Source: Syncephalis fuscata S228
Taxonomy: Eukaryota; Fungi; Zoopagomycota
Assembly (NCBI GenBank): GCA_025786725.1
Contig: JAHLTZ010000032.1
Location: 124,001 to 188,000 of the forward strand
DNA length: 64,000 nt
Reading direction: 5' to 3'
Shown here: piece by piece, positions 38,737-52,475 of the stretch
Position numbering within the stretch: the stretch's first letter is position 1
Layout: each line of letters begins with the position of its first letter
The notes under the pieces: model-generated
What the model was told of the DNA's origin: nothing
The model's input: the letters and a program-made list of their open reading frames with translations, nothing else
Databases searched by the model: none
Position numbers and translations under genes: made by a program

Positions 38737-41700
38737 TCACTCGCTCATATCAGAGGCTAATAGCTGGTCAATTTCATCGACTTCATCGGCTTGTACCGTC
38801 TTCTTGCCTTTACCCCTATATATTTATATTTATATTAGTATTAGTCTAGTAATTATACATCAACCTACTTTGATTTGCCCAGTGCTATTATTAATTAATT
38901 GATAGTAAATATTAATTAATATACAGGTTATTCATTTAGCGTTTTCTTTTAATCAGTACTTACCTCGCTTTTTAGAAACTGGACGTTGTGTATCTGGCTC
39001 TGATTCCGAATCATTAAGTAGAGCATCCAATTCATCGACTACTGGTGCCTCTTCGGTATCTGAGCTTACAGCTGATCCTTGTACGCCCGCTGGTAGCAGT
39101 TTAATAGTTGTCGTATAGAGCTTTTCTAGTGTACGTCTTGTGGCTGCATCACTTACTCGATTACTCTGGATATAACGATATAATAAGCATTTGTTGTATT
39201 TACACCTATTATCAGCTAATTTACCTCTTGTAATCGTTTAATTTGTGTGACTAATTGGGCCAGTACTTCTCGAGATGTCGTGTCGTCAATAGTCAGCTTA
39301 TTGGCCAATTGTACAAGGATTTTGCAGTTGGCTAATAATATTCATAAATACCAAGTATTTTATAACAGTGACTGTAGTATAATATACCTTGAGACTCTTG
39401 TAGAGCAGTTGATAGCAAATCAATTGCAAATTCACCAAAGATAGTCATGGCTACGGGTGGCTGTTCACCCTTTGTAGACGAACTAAAAAAGCATTAATAC
39501 TAATATCATTATACCGTCAGTATTTGTTCTTACCGAATTACTTTAACTGGATTCATCCAGTCAATTAATTGTTGGCCAATCTGTAATGGTGTAATCATTG
39601 CATATAGTAGTGTGGCGTCCAAGTCATCATGGACTTGAATCAATATAAGTAGGCATTGAATTGCCACCTATGCAAGAATAAATACCAAGTTTAATCATGA
39701 TAACCATAATATTATCAATGGCATACTTGCCTGTCTTAATGATTGTTGATTCTGGCTCTTGGCATAGCAGAATATTTGGAAAAAGTAGGATAGACACTGT
39801 CTCAATTCATTATTGCCATAAGTGCTTGGGTGGAAATAGAGTAGAATCAACGATTGTAATGTCTAATATGCAGCATACTAAATAAGCTACAAGCATAAAT
39901 ACTTATTAAACTAAATTACCTCAACATCTGTCAATACACCAGTCAATAATAGTTTGGATACGCCTTCCACAGCTACTGCTTGCATACTATGATCGGAATG
40001 CTCAGAACAATCGCTAATTAATGAAAATATATCGCTTTTCTATAAATAATCCGTTAGTAATTAATGCTGTATTTATGTATAAATGGCAACTTACATTTGA
40101 TAGCTTTTCGGTCATAGCATCCATGCCATAGATCATAATAAGATCGAATACCATCTAATATTCAATTTATATTATGATTCACATACTAAACAATGTTCAT
40201 CAGCTTACCCGTAATGATGTCAATTGCATTTCTGCATGTCCATGACGTACACCGTGAATAAACAGTGGCATGAAATCTACTGCTTGTGTCTGAATATTAT
40301 ACGTAAATATAACTACGTTTGTGTAACATCACTTTATTATAGCCTACCTGATCTAGAATGCAATACAAACCAAGACATTTAATGCCTGATTCACGAATAT
40401 CTGGCACAGTGGATTGAACAGCTGGATGAATAACTTCTCCTAATACAGCTTCCATTGGCGATTGTTCATCTAGATCCTGTAGTAACCAGTATGAATACAA
40501 AGTAGTTATATATACACAGTCGAGCTTACTTGGAGTGTTTCTAAAGCGCCACGAGCAATCGATAAACATTGAAGCTGTCTTTCTATAGCGTTGTCCTCCT
40601 AGACTCGTTATAAACAGCAATACTAAAGTTGCACCTTTACCATAACCTACCTCTTCTGTTTCATCTTCGGCTGCACCTCTTATTTCCGATATTACCTCAA
40701 CAATTACTCTATTAACAAATAAAGTGATTAGGTTGTGTTATTTTACAATAATTGCTAGTATTACCGAGCAAAGTCACGGTCATTTACGGTAAGTTTTCGA
40801 AGTACACTCAATACTAAAGTAATAGTTTGTTCATCAACCGATGGCAATAGCAATAAATCACCTAATATAAACGGTTAAGCATTATATTATTGTAGATTTA
40901 ATTAACCAATACACTTACGTAAAAGACCAAACATCTTGCGTCGACCCATTTCATCGGCATAGTCCAAATGCTTGGCAATCGTAATTAATTGGACTGTAAT
41001 AAATTCATAAGTATCCACTTCGTCTTCTTCTCCACGTTCCTCGGCTTCAGCCATACGGCGACTGTAACGTTGAATCTGCAATGTGTGCGCTGTTATATTC
41101 GGCAACAATGCTTCAAAACGATCCGGCTATACATATATCGATTATTATAGCATTAATTACTAATAATCAACTACTTACATCTTTTTTCTGGCAGTATTCC
41201 AGATAAACACGAAAGAATAAAACACCCTCTGGACTAAGATCTTCCCAGAATGCATCTATCATACAATATTCATAGTAATTAATATTTTATACAGCAGTCA
41301 GTTATGCTAAAAGTACACTAACCATTAAACTCTACACCTTGAGTAATTTCAGGATGTGACATAAATAGCTCTTCTAATACCTGACGCGCCACTACAGTAT
41401 TCATAACATCAAGTCGTTTAAGAAACTAGATAATATGAATTAATAAGTGTGCTATATTGCAATTATCTTATTATTGTTGCTGTTGTTGTTATTAGCCTAC
41501 CTCCAAAAGATTATTATCAGCATGTGGCAGCCATTGATAGAGTAACATTGAAATACAAGCATTTTTAACCGATGCATCTCTATTAATTACTATTAAATTT
41601 GTTAATTAACTCAATTCCAAATTACTTACCGTTCCGATAATCCGCTTTTAATCAACTGTTCACGCTGTTCAATTGATAGCATACGGAAATCACCAATATT

Positions 41701-42766
41701 AGACATTGGTTTAATAAAAGTAAATCGACGGGTAATTGCATCTATATCTCGACTACGTTTTAATAGATCAGTGTAGGTTGTTTCATCGCAGGCAAGATTA
41801 AGCACGGCCGCTCGTCGTACATCGCTGGAATATAATATGGAAATAAGTACAAATACTTTGCTATTTAGTCATAGATTATTTAAACAACTTACCTGCTTGG
41901 ATCCCGTTTCATTCGATCTTGAATTGCCAGTCGAATCAACTGGTCAACATCATCACCTTCGCCATTCTATAGAACATATGGTATTATTAATTGTCTATTA
42001 TATATATATATATATATACAACAATGCCATATTAGATACTCAATACTTACTTGTAGTTTTGCAAGAGCAAGTACTGCTTGTACACGAATCGACGGCTCCT
42101 TATCTCGTACTCGATCCAACATACCACGCAGAAACAATTCAAATAAGTCTTCGTCTAATTCTCCGACAAATCCGACTACCAATGCCAATAATTGACAAAC
42201 ACGGAATCGGACATTTTTATCTTTGGCATTCAGTCCGGGCAGTAGTCGTCGAATTAAATAAGCTACAAGACGTTCAGTAATTGTTTCTTCGGCTGAATCC
42301 TCAACCGCTGCCATGTTCTCGTCATGGTCGACATCCATCGCTTCTGAGTCAGCGCTTTTTCCACTACGTTGTGCATTATCTATATAAATAATTTAATTTA
42401 GTATTTGTTTGGTATACATATTAAGGCAAATAAAATAAGCCACCACCACTATTTACCTTTCTCTTGCGCGAATTGGAGAAAAGACGCGATAAATTTTATA
42501 ATTTTCTCAGCACATGGTTCGCGTCTTTTTAAAGGTAAGATCTGACTTAAACCGTGTAGAAACTGATCGTTAAATGCTTGTTCGCCCTGTTCGTCACTTT
42601 CGTCTTTAACGGCGGCACAATCGGTTTGCAATTTGCGCAGGGCCAGTACATTACGTCGATGTGTCGTTGATACCTTTTGAGAATCTTGGAAAAGTTTAGG
42701 CATAGCCGTAGGCAGTGAGGTTAGTACCCCGCCGCCTGTGGATAATCTGCCGTTGGATGGAGGCAT
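38737..42766 (-). CDS. YCG1: Condensin complex subunit 3 (CAP-G/Ycg1/Cnd3)
   Basis: HEAT repeats; GLNAKDKNVRFRVCQL, DRVRDKEPSIRVQAVLAL, RSRDIDAITRRF, LDYADEMGRRKMF, ELRQCLSYFF. Many short introns. Confidence 0.92.
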
Positions 42767-42992
42767 AGTATGATCGATGTAAGCAAGCAAATATATGCGC
42801 GTTCGTATATTAACCAAGTAGAAAAAAATCCAGCGGATCAATCGTTAAATAAACAAACAAATTTATTAGTTAATTAATTAAAATAATCGAATATTTGTTA
42901 TTAATGTGAATTAGCAGTTTACCATTATTCTTTATACAATTCCTAACAACACTTGTTGATTCTATTAAACTGAATTGAATATATTGCACACG

Positions 42993-43536
42993 ATGAGCAA
43001 CACAACACCATCTAAAAGTGATAAACAGCAAAGAGTTTATAGACTGGACCAGAACAACAAGGATTTACCAATTAATGGCCTGTGTTGGTCACAAATTAAA
43101 AGGTCATTTCCTATTCCTACGCATTACGCGCGCGATAGTCAGTTTAGCCAGCTACATCAATACGATCCATCTGTGGTGTGTACTATTGATCGCGATTGGA
43201 TTTGGGATCGTATACCAATTGAAGGTAGGAAATGGTTGGTTTATTGGTTAAATGGACGCGTTGGTGTAAATAAGCAATAAAATATTAAGCAGTATAGCAA
43301 TGAATAATAGATTTGGAGATACCAACAGAGCTGCAGCCATTTAATCCAGATGACGATGACGGTAAGTAATATGTCAATGTACTTGCAAACGCTTATTTAG
43401 CTGCTATTGTTTGATATCTTTTTAAATAGCTTTGTTAATACGACAAAGTGCACAACAAGCTGAGGAAGCAAAGCGATGGTCTGATTTGGATTTAGCGCGA
43501 TTTATGGCACCACAGCGCAAACGTGCTCGATACTAG
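42993..43536 (+). CDS. APC13: Anaphase-promoting complex subunit 13 (Apc13/Swm1)
   Basis: RDSQF...IDRDWIWDRIPIEDLEIP...KRWSDLDL matches the Apc13 pattern (D..W..D.LP.ED..IP...W.DL.L); two introns. Confidence 0.8.
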
Positions 43537-43764
43537 CTGCTTTAATGTGGCCAATTTGTATACATATACTAATTAATTAGTAATAAAGTCGATACACACA
43601 TTTGTTAATAAATACGATTGCTTGCTTAAAGACACAGCACAGATGTACTCAATACTAGTTACTTCAAACCAAAACAAACATATTTACTAGCGAATAAAGT
43701 TGATATACACATTTGTTAATAGTTAGAACGTGTTCTTCATTTGTTAATGAATATAGTTGTTTAT

Positions 43765-45423
43765 TCAAAGACGTAATGCTGGTACATTAACAGTGTAGCC
43801 TACGCTACCTACATGGTCTTCACGTTCGACATTAATCGTAAAGTTAAGACCGTCTTGGCCATCGTCGGTGACTGAACACCAGTTACGACGGTTAAGCAGC
43901 TTCTTTTGTTCAAGTGGTTGTTCATTAACATCATTTTCAAATAGTTCATACATATCTTCGACTGTATCCTGGTCAAAGTCATAGGTGGTGGCCGTGTAAT
44001 GCAATGCTGAAATGACTGTAGCTGGAGGTGGTGCATTCACAATGCCTGACGATGTAATTTGCGTCATATGACGGAAATCGACCTCAGTGGCCAATTCGGC
44101 AGTTGGCTTCGAGTGCAAGTAACCGGCGCCGCAGCAATGGACGTCACCAGCAATGAATGTGATGCGTACTGATCGTTCGCGTGAAATCATCTGCAATCGT
44201 TCAATAAATTCTTTACGCTCGTTCAAATGGCAATCGGCTGTCCAATGATCTGTTAAATCGTCGAGTAGTTCAGGTTGGCCAAAGTTATTGACCAAGTGTC
44301 CAATAACACCCCAGTTGCGCAGTACATCAGTAGCTGCCGAAAAGAGTGACGTCTCTTGAAGTTCTGAGATCTTATCAAGCGCATTCTCAACCATTGTCAA
44401 TCGTGGATATACAATTGGCACGCCAAGTACAACGATAAGGTGGCGTATACTTGGCGGCATATTGCTAAGTCGCGAGAAAATTGCGTCGTACGTCTCGCTT
44501 GAAATAATAGTTTGTTCAGTACGTTCGCATCGGCCATCTGGAACGAGTAGAGCCGTGCGTGGTCCCATCAACGACAAATAGCAGCGTGGCACTTCTCCAA
44601 AGAAGTCGTGCTTTTCTGCGTGGTGTTGCGTGGTGTGCTGCTGGAATAGCAAATAGAATCGCGTTGCGATATCACCAATACGCTGGATAACTGGCGATAG
44701 TCGTAGCGAATCCGGGTAGCTGCCAAAGCCGTCAAAAATGTCGTGGTCATCAATACCGTATGAGTATGGAATGATCTTCATTGCTTCTGAAAACTTGCCA
44801 TTGCCAAAGAATCGCAAATAGTTATTGAAGTAGTAGTGTTCGACTTCATCGGTCATCTCTTCTGTTACTTCAAATTGCTCCTTCTCTTCCATTGTTCCAA
44901 GTTCGTTCCATGTCTTGACTGATGGTGCATCGACAAATACGTCGTCGCAGTACAGCTGGTCACCACCGCCTACCATAAGATGGTATGGCTGGGCAGCGTG
45001 TCGCTGCAACACATCCTCCCATAGCACTTGGTCGCCGCCGTAGACCGCGTCGCGGTCTTCCATGGCAATGTCGTTTGAAAAGCCATTGCATGAGAAGAAT
45101 GCCCATCGCCACGTCTCTTCGAAGGCTGGCACCGTGAACGTGTAGGTGCGCGTACCTACAGTATAAGTGATGTCTTGTGCCCGGGATGTTTGCTCGATGC
45201 TGAAGCCGTAGCGGTAAAAGTGGTACTCTCTATAGCTGTCGAGGCGAGTGACCGATATGACATCGCCCTTCGACAACGAGAAGTGTATCGGCTCCTCGGC
45301 TGAGCTCACAACAAGGACGCTGGCAAGATAAAGACGGCGTTCAAGCTGGCAGTCCTGGAACTTGAGAAAAGGACCCAGCAAGATGCTTTGGTTGCCCGAC
45401 GCGGTATATTGATCGATAGTCAT
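43765..45423 (-). CDS. PhoD-related metallophosphatase (fungal PhoD_2 type), intronless
   Basis: 552-aa ORF with GPFLKF, FFSCNGFS, HLMVGGGDQLYCD, DDHDIFDGFGSY, DGRCER, LGVPIVYPRL, ELLDDLTDHW, FIAGDVHCC and RRNWC; no signal peptide. Confidence 0.85.
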   Translation of the reverse strand: MTIDQYTASGNQSILLGPFLKFQDCQLERRLYLASVLVVSSAEEPIHFSLSKGDVISVTRLDSYREYHFYRYGFSIEQTSRAQDITYTVGTRTYTFTVPAFEETWRWAFFSCNGFSNDIAMEDRDAVYGGDQVLWEDVLQRHAAQPYHLMVGGGDQLYCDDVFVDAPSVKTWNELGTMEEKEQFEVTEEMTDEVEHYYFNNYLRFFGNGKFSEAMKIIPYSYGIDDHDIFDGFGSYPDSLRLSPVIQRIGDIATRFYLLFQQHTTQHHAEKHDFFGEVPRCYLSLMGPRTALLVPDGRCERTEQTIISSETYDAIFSRLSNMPPSIRHLIVVLGVPIVYPRLTMVENALDKISELQETSLFSAATDVLRNWGVIGHLVNNFGQPELLDDLTDHWTADCHLNERKEFIERLQMISRERSVRITFIAGDVHCCGAGYLHSKPTAELATEVDFRHMTQITSSGIVNAPPPATVISALHYTATTYDFDQDTVEDMYELFENDVNEQPLEQKKLLNRRNWCSVTDDGQDGLNFTINVEREDHVGSVGYTVNVPALRL

Positions 45424-45798
45424 CGTAAGAACTTATACTGCCAGCACTAGCGGAATAACGGAAGAGTGGCTATAGAAACACAAGCGGGAAGTAGCTAGAG
45501 GAATAAAGCGAAAGAAATTAATGGTTACGTATATTTGGCTTTGATCGGCCTTTTATATCTGAAGTTCCGTGTTTGTGTACCTTTTTTGGATGAGCACGGC
45601 GCTGTTGCAAACAAAGGCGTCCATCTATTTACAGACATAATCTATTTTAATAACAGCATCAATGGTTTATTTAGTTGATTGTCTTATTTATTGCGTTAAT
45701 GTTGGTACAAAATATTAAGCAGTTTATTAACACTTAGCATGATTTGTGGGTCAAACGAAATCTAGTATTTTATTATAATTATTACTTTACTTTTAATT

Positions 45799-46005
45799 GT
45801 TCTACGATAATGAGCATTTTTTGGTTGTAAACGACTTATTATTCTTTTAATTGATTTTTTAATATATTCGCTATTATACTGAATATATGTTCTATAATAA
45901 TGAGTAGTTTTGGGGGGTAAAATAACCTTTATTCTTAATGCATTATTGCTTCATTTGGTGTTCTATGATGTACCAACATGTTGGGTAGATTGACTTTTAT
46001 TATTT
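45799..46005 (+). repeat. Three degenerate direct repeats of about 45 bp
   Basis: tgttctacgataatgagcattttttggttgtaaacgacttattatt / tgttctataataatgagtagttttggggggtaaaataacctttatt / tgttctatgatgtaccaacatgttgggtagattgacttttattatt. Confidence 0.55.
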
Positions 46006-47588
46006 ACACTCCATTTATCAATGAATTAAACTCGGCTGTTTACAAATATTGACTGACAGGCTCACATCTCACAATCTACGTCATCACATTCCCTTTCTCT
46101 TTCTTCACACTTGATAGCATATATCTATACATATACTTGTACACTCCATATATGCTAACTAGATAGTGTCAGTATTGACTGGCTACTAGTCAATTACAAA
46201 CACCTTCTACACTATGTCCTTGCATTGCTCTTTTGTAATCTGACCTTTATTACTCCAAACATTGGTATTGGCAGCTTTATTGACACGGTAAGTGCATTTT
46301 CGGCTTGTTTGTATGTTATTTTGAATATGTCTATGTTTAAATCTCACTATATGATTTGTTTATACTATGGATCACAATTGCAGATCATTTGGCAACAGCT
46401 TTGCAATCTCAACAATAACAGTACGATCTACTACTGTCGAGACTGTATAAGCAACTGCCAGTACGATTTACAGTGACTATCTGCAGTGGCGATTTATTGC
46501 AAACTAAAGTATACAGTGAATTTGGTAGCATATAGTCATCACAGTACTCTGTATGCACACAACCGCCAGTACGATGACTGTGTTGACTATATGCGCTGTT
46601 AACTTTTAGTCAATTATCTTATTTACACTCTTCTACCATTTTTGACAATCTCACTTATCAGTATTTTCTTGTATATAACCAATAATGATTGTAAGGAGCT
46701 AAAATGGCCTTTTTAATATTGTGCTGTTGTTCTGAATCAGTACTATAACTAGCACTAGACTTCATGGTTAGTTGTTGCTTGAGCATTCTCTGATTATATA
46801 CTTAGCCAGTCTACATTTTAAACGCGTCATTTCTTAAAAATCGTATGTAAACAGTAGTATGTTTATTGAATTTAGTATGGTTTTGCAAACGCAGACGATA
46901 TTATACAAATAGCTGCATGCATTCCTATCGCCAGCTGTTTGAGAATGGCAAGACAACTAGCATTAATATGCTATTTTATATGTCTATCACTGCTGTACAT
47001 TAAGCTTTTACATCTTGTTACTTCAGACCATCTATTATTTGTTTACTACTATTTCTGCCTAAATATTAGATATGTTATGTTAGTGCTGTTGTTTGTATTT
47101 ATCTCATTATATTTTATTTTAAATAATAATAGCTTTTGGAAAAAGATAAATATTCTTTTTTATTTTGCTAGAATGTAAAACGATATAAATCTAAACAAAT
47201 AATCAAAGTAGAATATGTGTATATGCTTTTATGCTTAAATAAACAAATTGAAATTTACAAATAATATAGATAGTAGCAAATAGACGGGTTCTATTAACAG
47301 GACGCAATAAATAATATATATATACGCACAAGATAATAAATCTAGCATTAATAATACTTACCACCTAGTTTTACGTTTAGCTAAACAAATATCTAGTCTA
47401 ATTACGCAAATACTATCAGATGTGGTCATTCAACCATCAATCACGTCAAATTGCTAATAAATTAACAACAAATTAATTCGCTTGTGTGACGACTAATTAC
47501 CTCACTATTATATTAATCATACCTTTCCTTGACTTACGCGTCATCATTCGTGTCATTGCTACAGTTTACTCTTATTAATAGCCATACT

Positions 47589-48897
47589 ATGGCTTCACCT
47601 GTGACTACCAATAAATGGAAAGATACCATGGCGGGCAGGTGAATTGCACTAAAATGTATAAGGAATCACTACCTAATGAGCTGTTTGCTTGTATGACAAT
47701 GTATAAACAACTGCTGCTGTATTATTGAAACAGTTTGGCAGGTATGGCCCAAGTAATTGTGGGCCAACCGTTGGATACGGTCAAAGTAAAGTATATTTTA
47801 GTAAATAAAATGCAATAGACTATTAATCCAATGCTATGTGATACATGTTGCTATTGTTATAATGATTAGGTACGACTTCAAGTAGAAAACGCGTCAAAAG
47901 GACGATTTCAAGGTCCATGGCATTGTATGGCTGATACTGTACGGCATGAAGGCTTTCTTGCCTTGTATAAAGGTAAATAAAGAAGTTGTGTACAGGTGCC
48001 GGATCAATAGCAGATAGTAACTGGTAAATATACCAATGTTGAACACATTAGGCATGGCTGCTCCGTTGGTTGGCATTTCGGCTGTTAATGCACTGCTATT
48101 TACTACCTATTCAACTCTAAAAGATTTACAGACAAGACAACTAGGCCTGCCAAGTACAGAACAATTGGGTTCACGACATATAGCACTGGCCGGAGCGGGT
48201 GCAGGTACTTAAAAATGCCACATCAATAGCTAATAGACTATTCATTTTATTATAACACGAATAGGCATTGTTAATAGTTTGTTAGCATCGCCAGTTGAAA
48301 TGCTTAAGGTGCGATTACAAGTACAGCGCTCGCTAGTTGGCATGTCGCACTCGCCAGCCATTTACCGCGGCCCCATCGATCTAGCTCGGGCGATAATTAC
48401 CACAGATGGTTGGCGCCACGGATTGATGCGCGGCTTTTGGATTACCGTCGTGCGAGAAATACCGGCCTACGCCGCATTCTACACAAGCTTTGAGCTAATG
48501 AAACGACGCCTAACTACTAGCAATAGTGCAGCAGATCAAACAAATGCAGTAGCCAAACCGGCCTCTGGCAGCTAATGCTTGCCGGATCAACAGCCGGTAT
48601 AAGCTGTTGGTGTGCGTGTTATCCGTTTGATGTTATCAAATCACGAGCTCAAAATAGTAGCCAGCGTCTTACACCCAACTATATTACTAAAATTGCACGT
48701 GAAATTTATCATAACGAAGGCATGGCAGGTTTCTGGCGAGGATTCATGCCTTGTGTTCTTCGTAGGTAAGTCAACAACCGCATTGCATTTCTGTACAATT
48801 AAGATAACATGTAATTTATTCTTTGATCTAATACAGTATTCCAGCAGCGGCTGCAACATTCACCACTTATGAACTAGTGATGCAATCGCTTCATTAG
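47589..48897 (+). CDS. Mitochondrial carrier (SLC25), carnitine/ornithine/YMC-like
   Basis: Three carrier signatures (GQPLDTVKVRLQ, SPVEMLKVRLQ, YPFDVIKSRAQ); REIPAYAAFY; RSIPAAAATF; frameshift near 48560. Confidence 0.9.
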
Positions 48898-48926
48898 ATC
48901 CAAAGAACAAATGCACTGCAAGCGGT

Positions 48927-50328
48927 TTAATAGGTAGATTCAAAGTATGCCTTGGAACCAGTTGGATCTGGGTTCATGGTCTTGCTGCCCTTGTTCCAGT
49001 TGATGGGGCAAACTAAAAGAATACAAATTATTATTATTCAATTATTAAACAAATAAAATTACTAGTATTGCTACAATAATCTAAGCTCATTTCTTACCTT
49101 CACCGTGCTCATCGGTAAACTTGATGGCTTCAACAAGACGAATAGCTTCATCAACGTTACGGCCAATTGGCAAGTCATTGACGTGCATGATGCGGAGAGT
49201 GCCCTTTGGGTCAATGATAAACAGACCACTGTAGTTTGTTATAGCAACATTAATTGAGCGTTAGTATGCTATAAGTATGCTATATATATATCAGTCTATA
49301 GCTTACCGAAGAGCAACGCTGTTATCCTCAACCAAGACATCATACTTGCGAGAAATTTCCTTCTTGATATCAGAGACTAGATGGTGTTTAGTGTTATTAG
49401 TATACATTGTATGATGCGTATAATAGAATGGCTTACCAAGTGGGATCCTAATTTAAAAGTAGTGTATGTTATCAAATTATTAATCATTATTAAATGGCAC
49501 TATTATTATTATTTACTTAAGACCGCCGAGACCACCTTCTTTTCTAAAGAAATCATCAGTACACATGCAATGGTTATAAACAATAAAATTACCTTGGAGA
49601 GTTACTATAGGGTAATAATACATATTATAAGTAAATTAGTAGCTGGTCTAACAATAATGTGCCACTAACAATGGCCATTATTATCACTTACTTCCAGGCC
49701 AAGTGAGAGTATTCACTGTCGACAGAGATACCGACCACATCAGCTCCAAGCTTGTTAAATTCCTCAATGCGATCGCTGAATGATATCAGTTAGTCTTGCT
49801 AACCAATCATACTTTGTGTATAATCTACCTGAAGGCAATAAGTTCAGTTGGGCACACAAAGGTAAAGTCCAATGGCTAAAGCCATAATGATCAATCAGCA
49901 TGCTATAGACAGCCAGTATTGGCCACTTACGTAAAAGACCATAACCAAGAAGCGGCCCTTGTAGTCGGAAAGGCTTAGATCCTTGAATTGGCCATCCACG
50001 ACAGCGGTAGCAGTCCAGGCTGGAGCTGGGCGCTAAAATGATAGAGCGAATTAATCAATTGTTTTGATAGACAAATAGCCGCCCATGTAGACGCGTATTG
50101 CAAAAAGTCGCCTACCTGAACGCGAGCAATTTCGTGAGATACTTGAGCAGTCATATTGTGAAGTTGACGGGTTGATAAACTAGCCAAAGGAGTGATTGTT
50201 CGCAATGAAGCAGTAGCAGAAATAGAATGCACAGGAGAGATACCGGTGTGGGCAAAAGAAGTGGGCGAGTGAACGCGCAGCCTTTTAGCTGGATTCATCC
50301 GGAAGATGGAGGAGCGGATTGCTTGCAT
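48927..50328 (-). CDS. Typical 2-Cys peroxiredoxin (AhpC/TSA) with mitochondrial-type presequence
   Basis: [62 protein letters not shown]. Nine exons including 11-, 12- and 27-nt microexons. An Arg/Ser-rich 58-aa N-extension precedes a second Met (MTAQV). Confidence 0.95.
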
Positions 50329-50798
50329 AAAGATAGTTGAAGACTTCGGAGCAAAACGGATAAATCCGGGTAATTACGTCGATAATTGGCTTAAAGAACA
50401 GTAAAATCGAAAACTTGCTAATTAAAACAGATACTGGACAAGGGGAAACAAGTTCTTATGGTCAATGAACAGTAGAATAATAGTTGTGGGAAATCGTGAT
50501 TAGAAGTCATCGTCGTCATCATCAGTGTTATTACTAATGTTATTATCAGTTTTACGGTGTGATGTGAGAGTATGTGTTAATTAATCGACATTATCAGTTT
50601 ATTTTGATTTGTGTGATGGCAACCCGCAAGTCTATTAAATCTATTAGATGTCTAAAGTTAAAGTAAACTTGAAATGGATAATTAGACGGCCACCATCATC
50701 CCAAGCTCATTGCCCACACACTCGGCCCGTTCGCCCTCTTTTCTGCTACATCGGAGTGCTTCCTTGTCTGCAAGCATCCATCCATCCATCCAGTCAAC

Positions 50799-51900
<1,102 letters not shown>

Positions 51901-52475
51901 ACGCATACACAATGGTGTAATCCTACGGGCGTGTATGTGTGTGTGTATGGTGCTTGTGTTGCCGACACATGTGACCGGAATAAACATTTACTTGCTGTCA
52001 ACGAGAACACTAACGAATGGCCAATTATTAATGTGCTATTAGTTTTTGTAGTTATGTGATGTATACTATTAGTTGATTTATTGGTACTATAATTATATTT
52101 TGTATTTTAAATGAGTAGTATTGTAAATTGTTATGATAAAAATTAAAGAAAAATAGTAAATACCATTATAAGCTGGTTAAAGTATTAGTTGACATTAATA
52201 ATTATAGAATCGACAAGCACTGCAAATCTCCAGTATCATTATCAGATATAATAACTGCTATTCTATATATATATATATATGCGATAGACTTTATAGGATA
52301 TGTACCCAGTATTGATACATAACAATATACAATGTTCAAGTAGATAAACCATTTTGATTATTTAAGCAACATTAAAATTTATTAATCTAGTATAACTATT
52401 ATTGTACACAGCAGTGAGAAATAGTTAAGCTAAAGACAAATTTGTATAAGTGTGATAGACTTAGTTGTATGCTTT

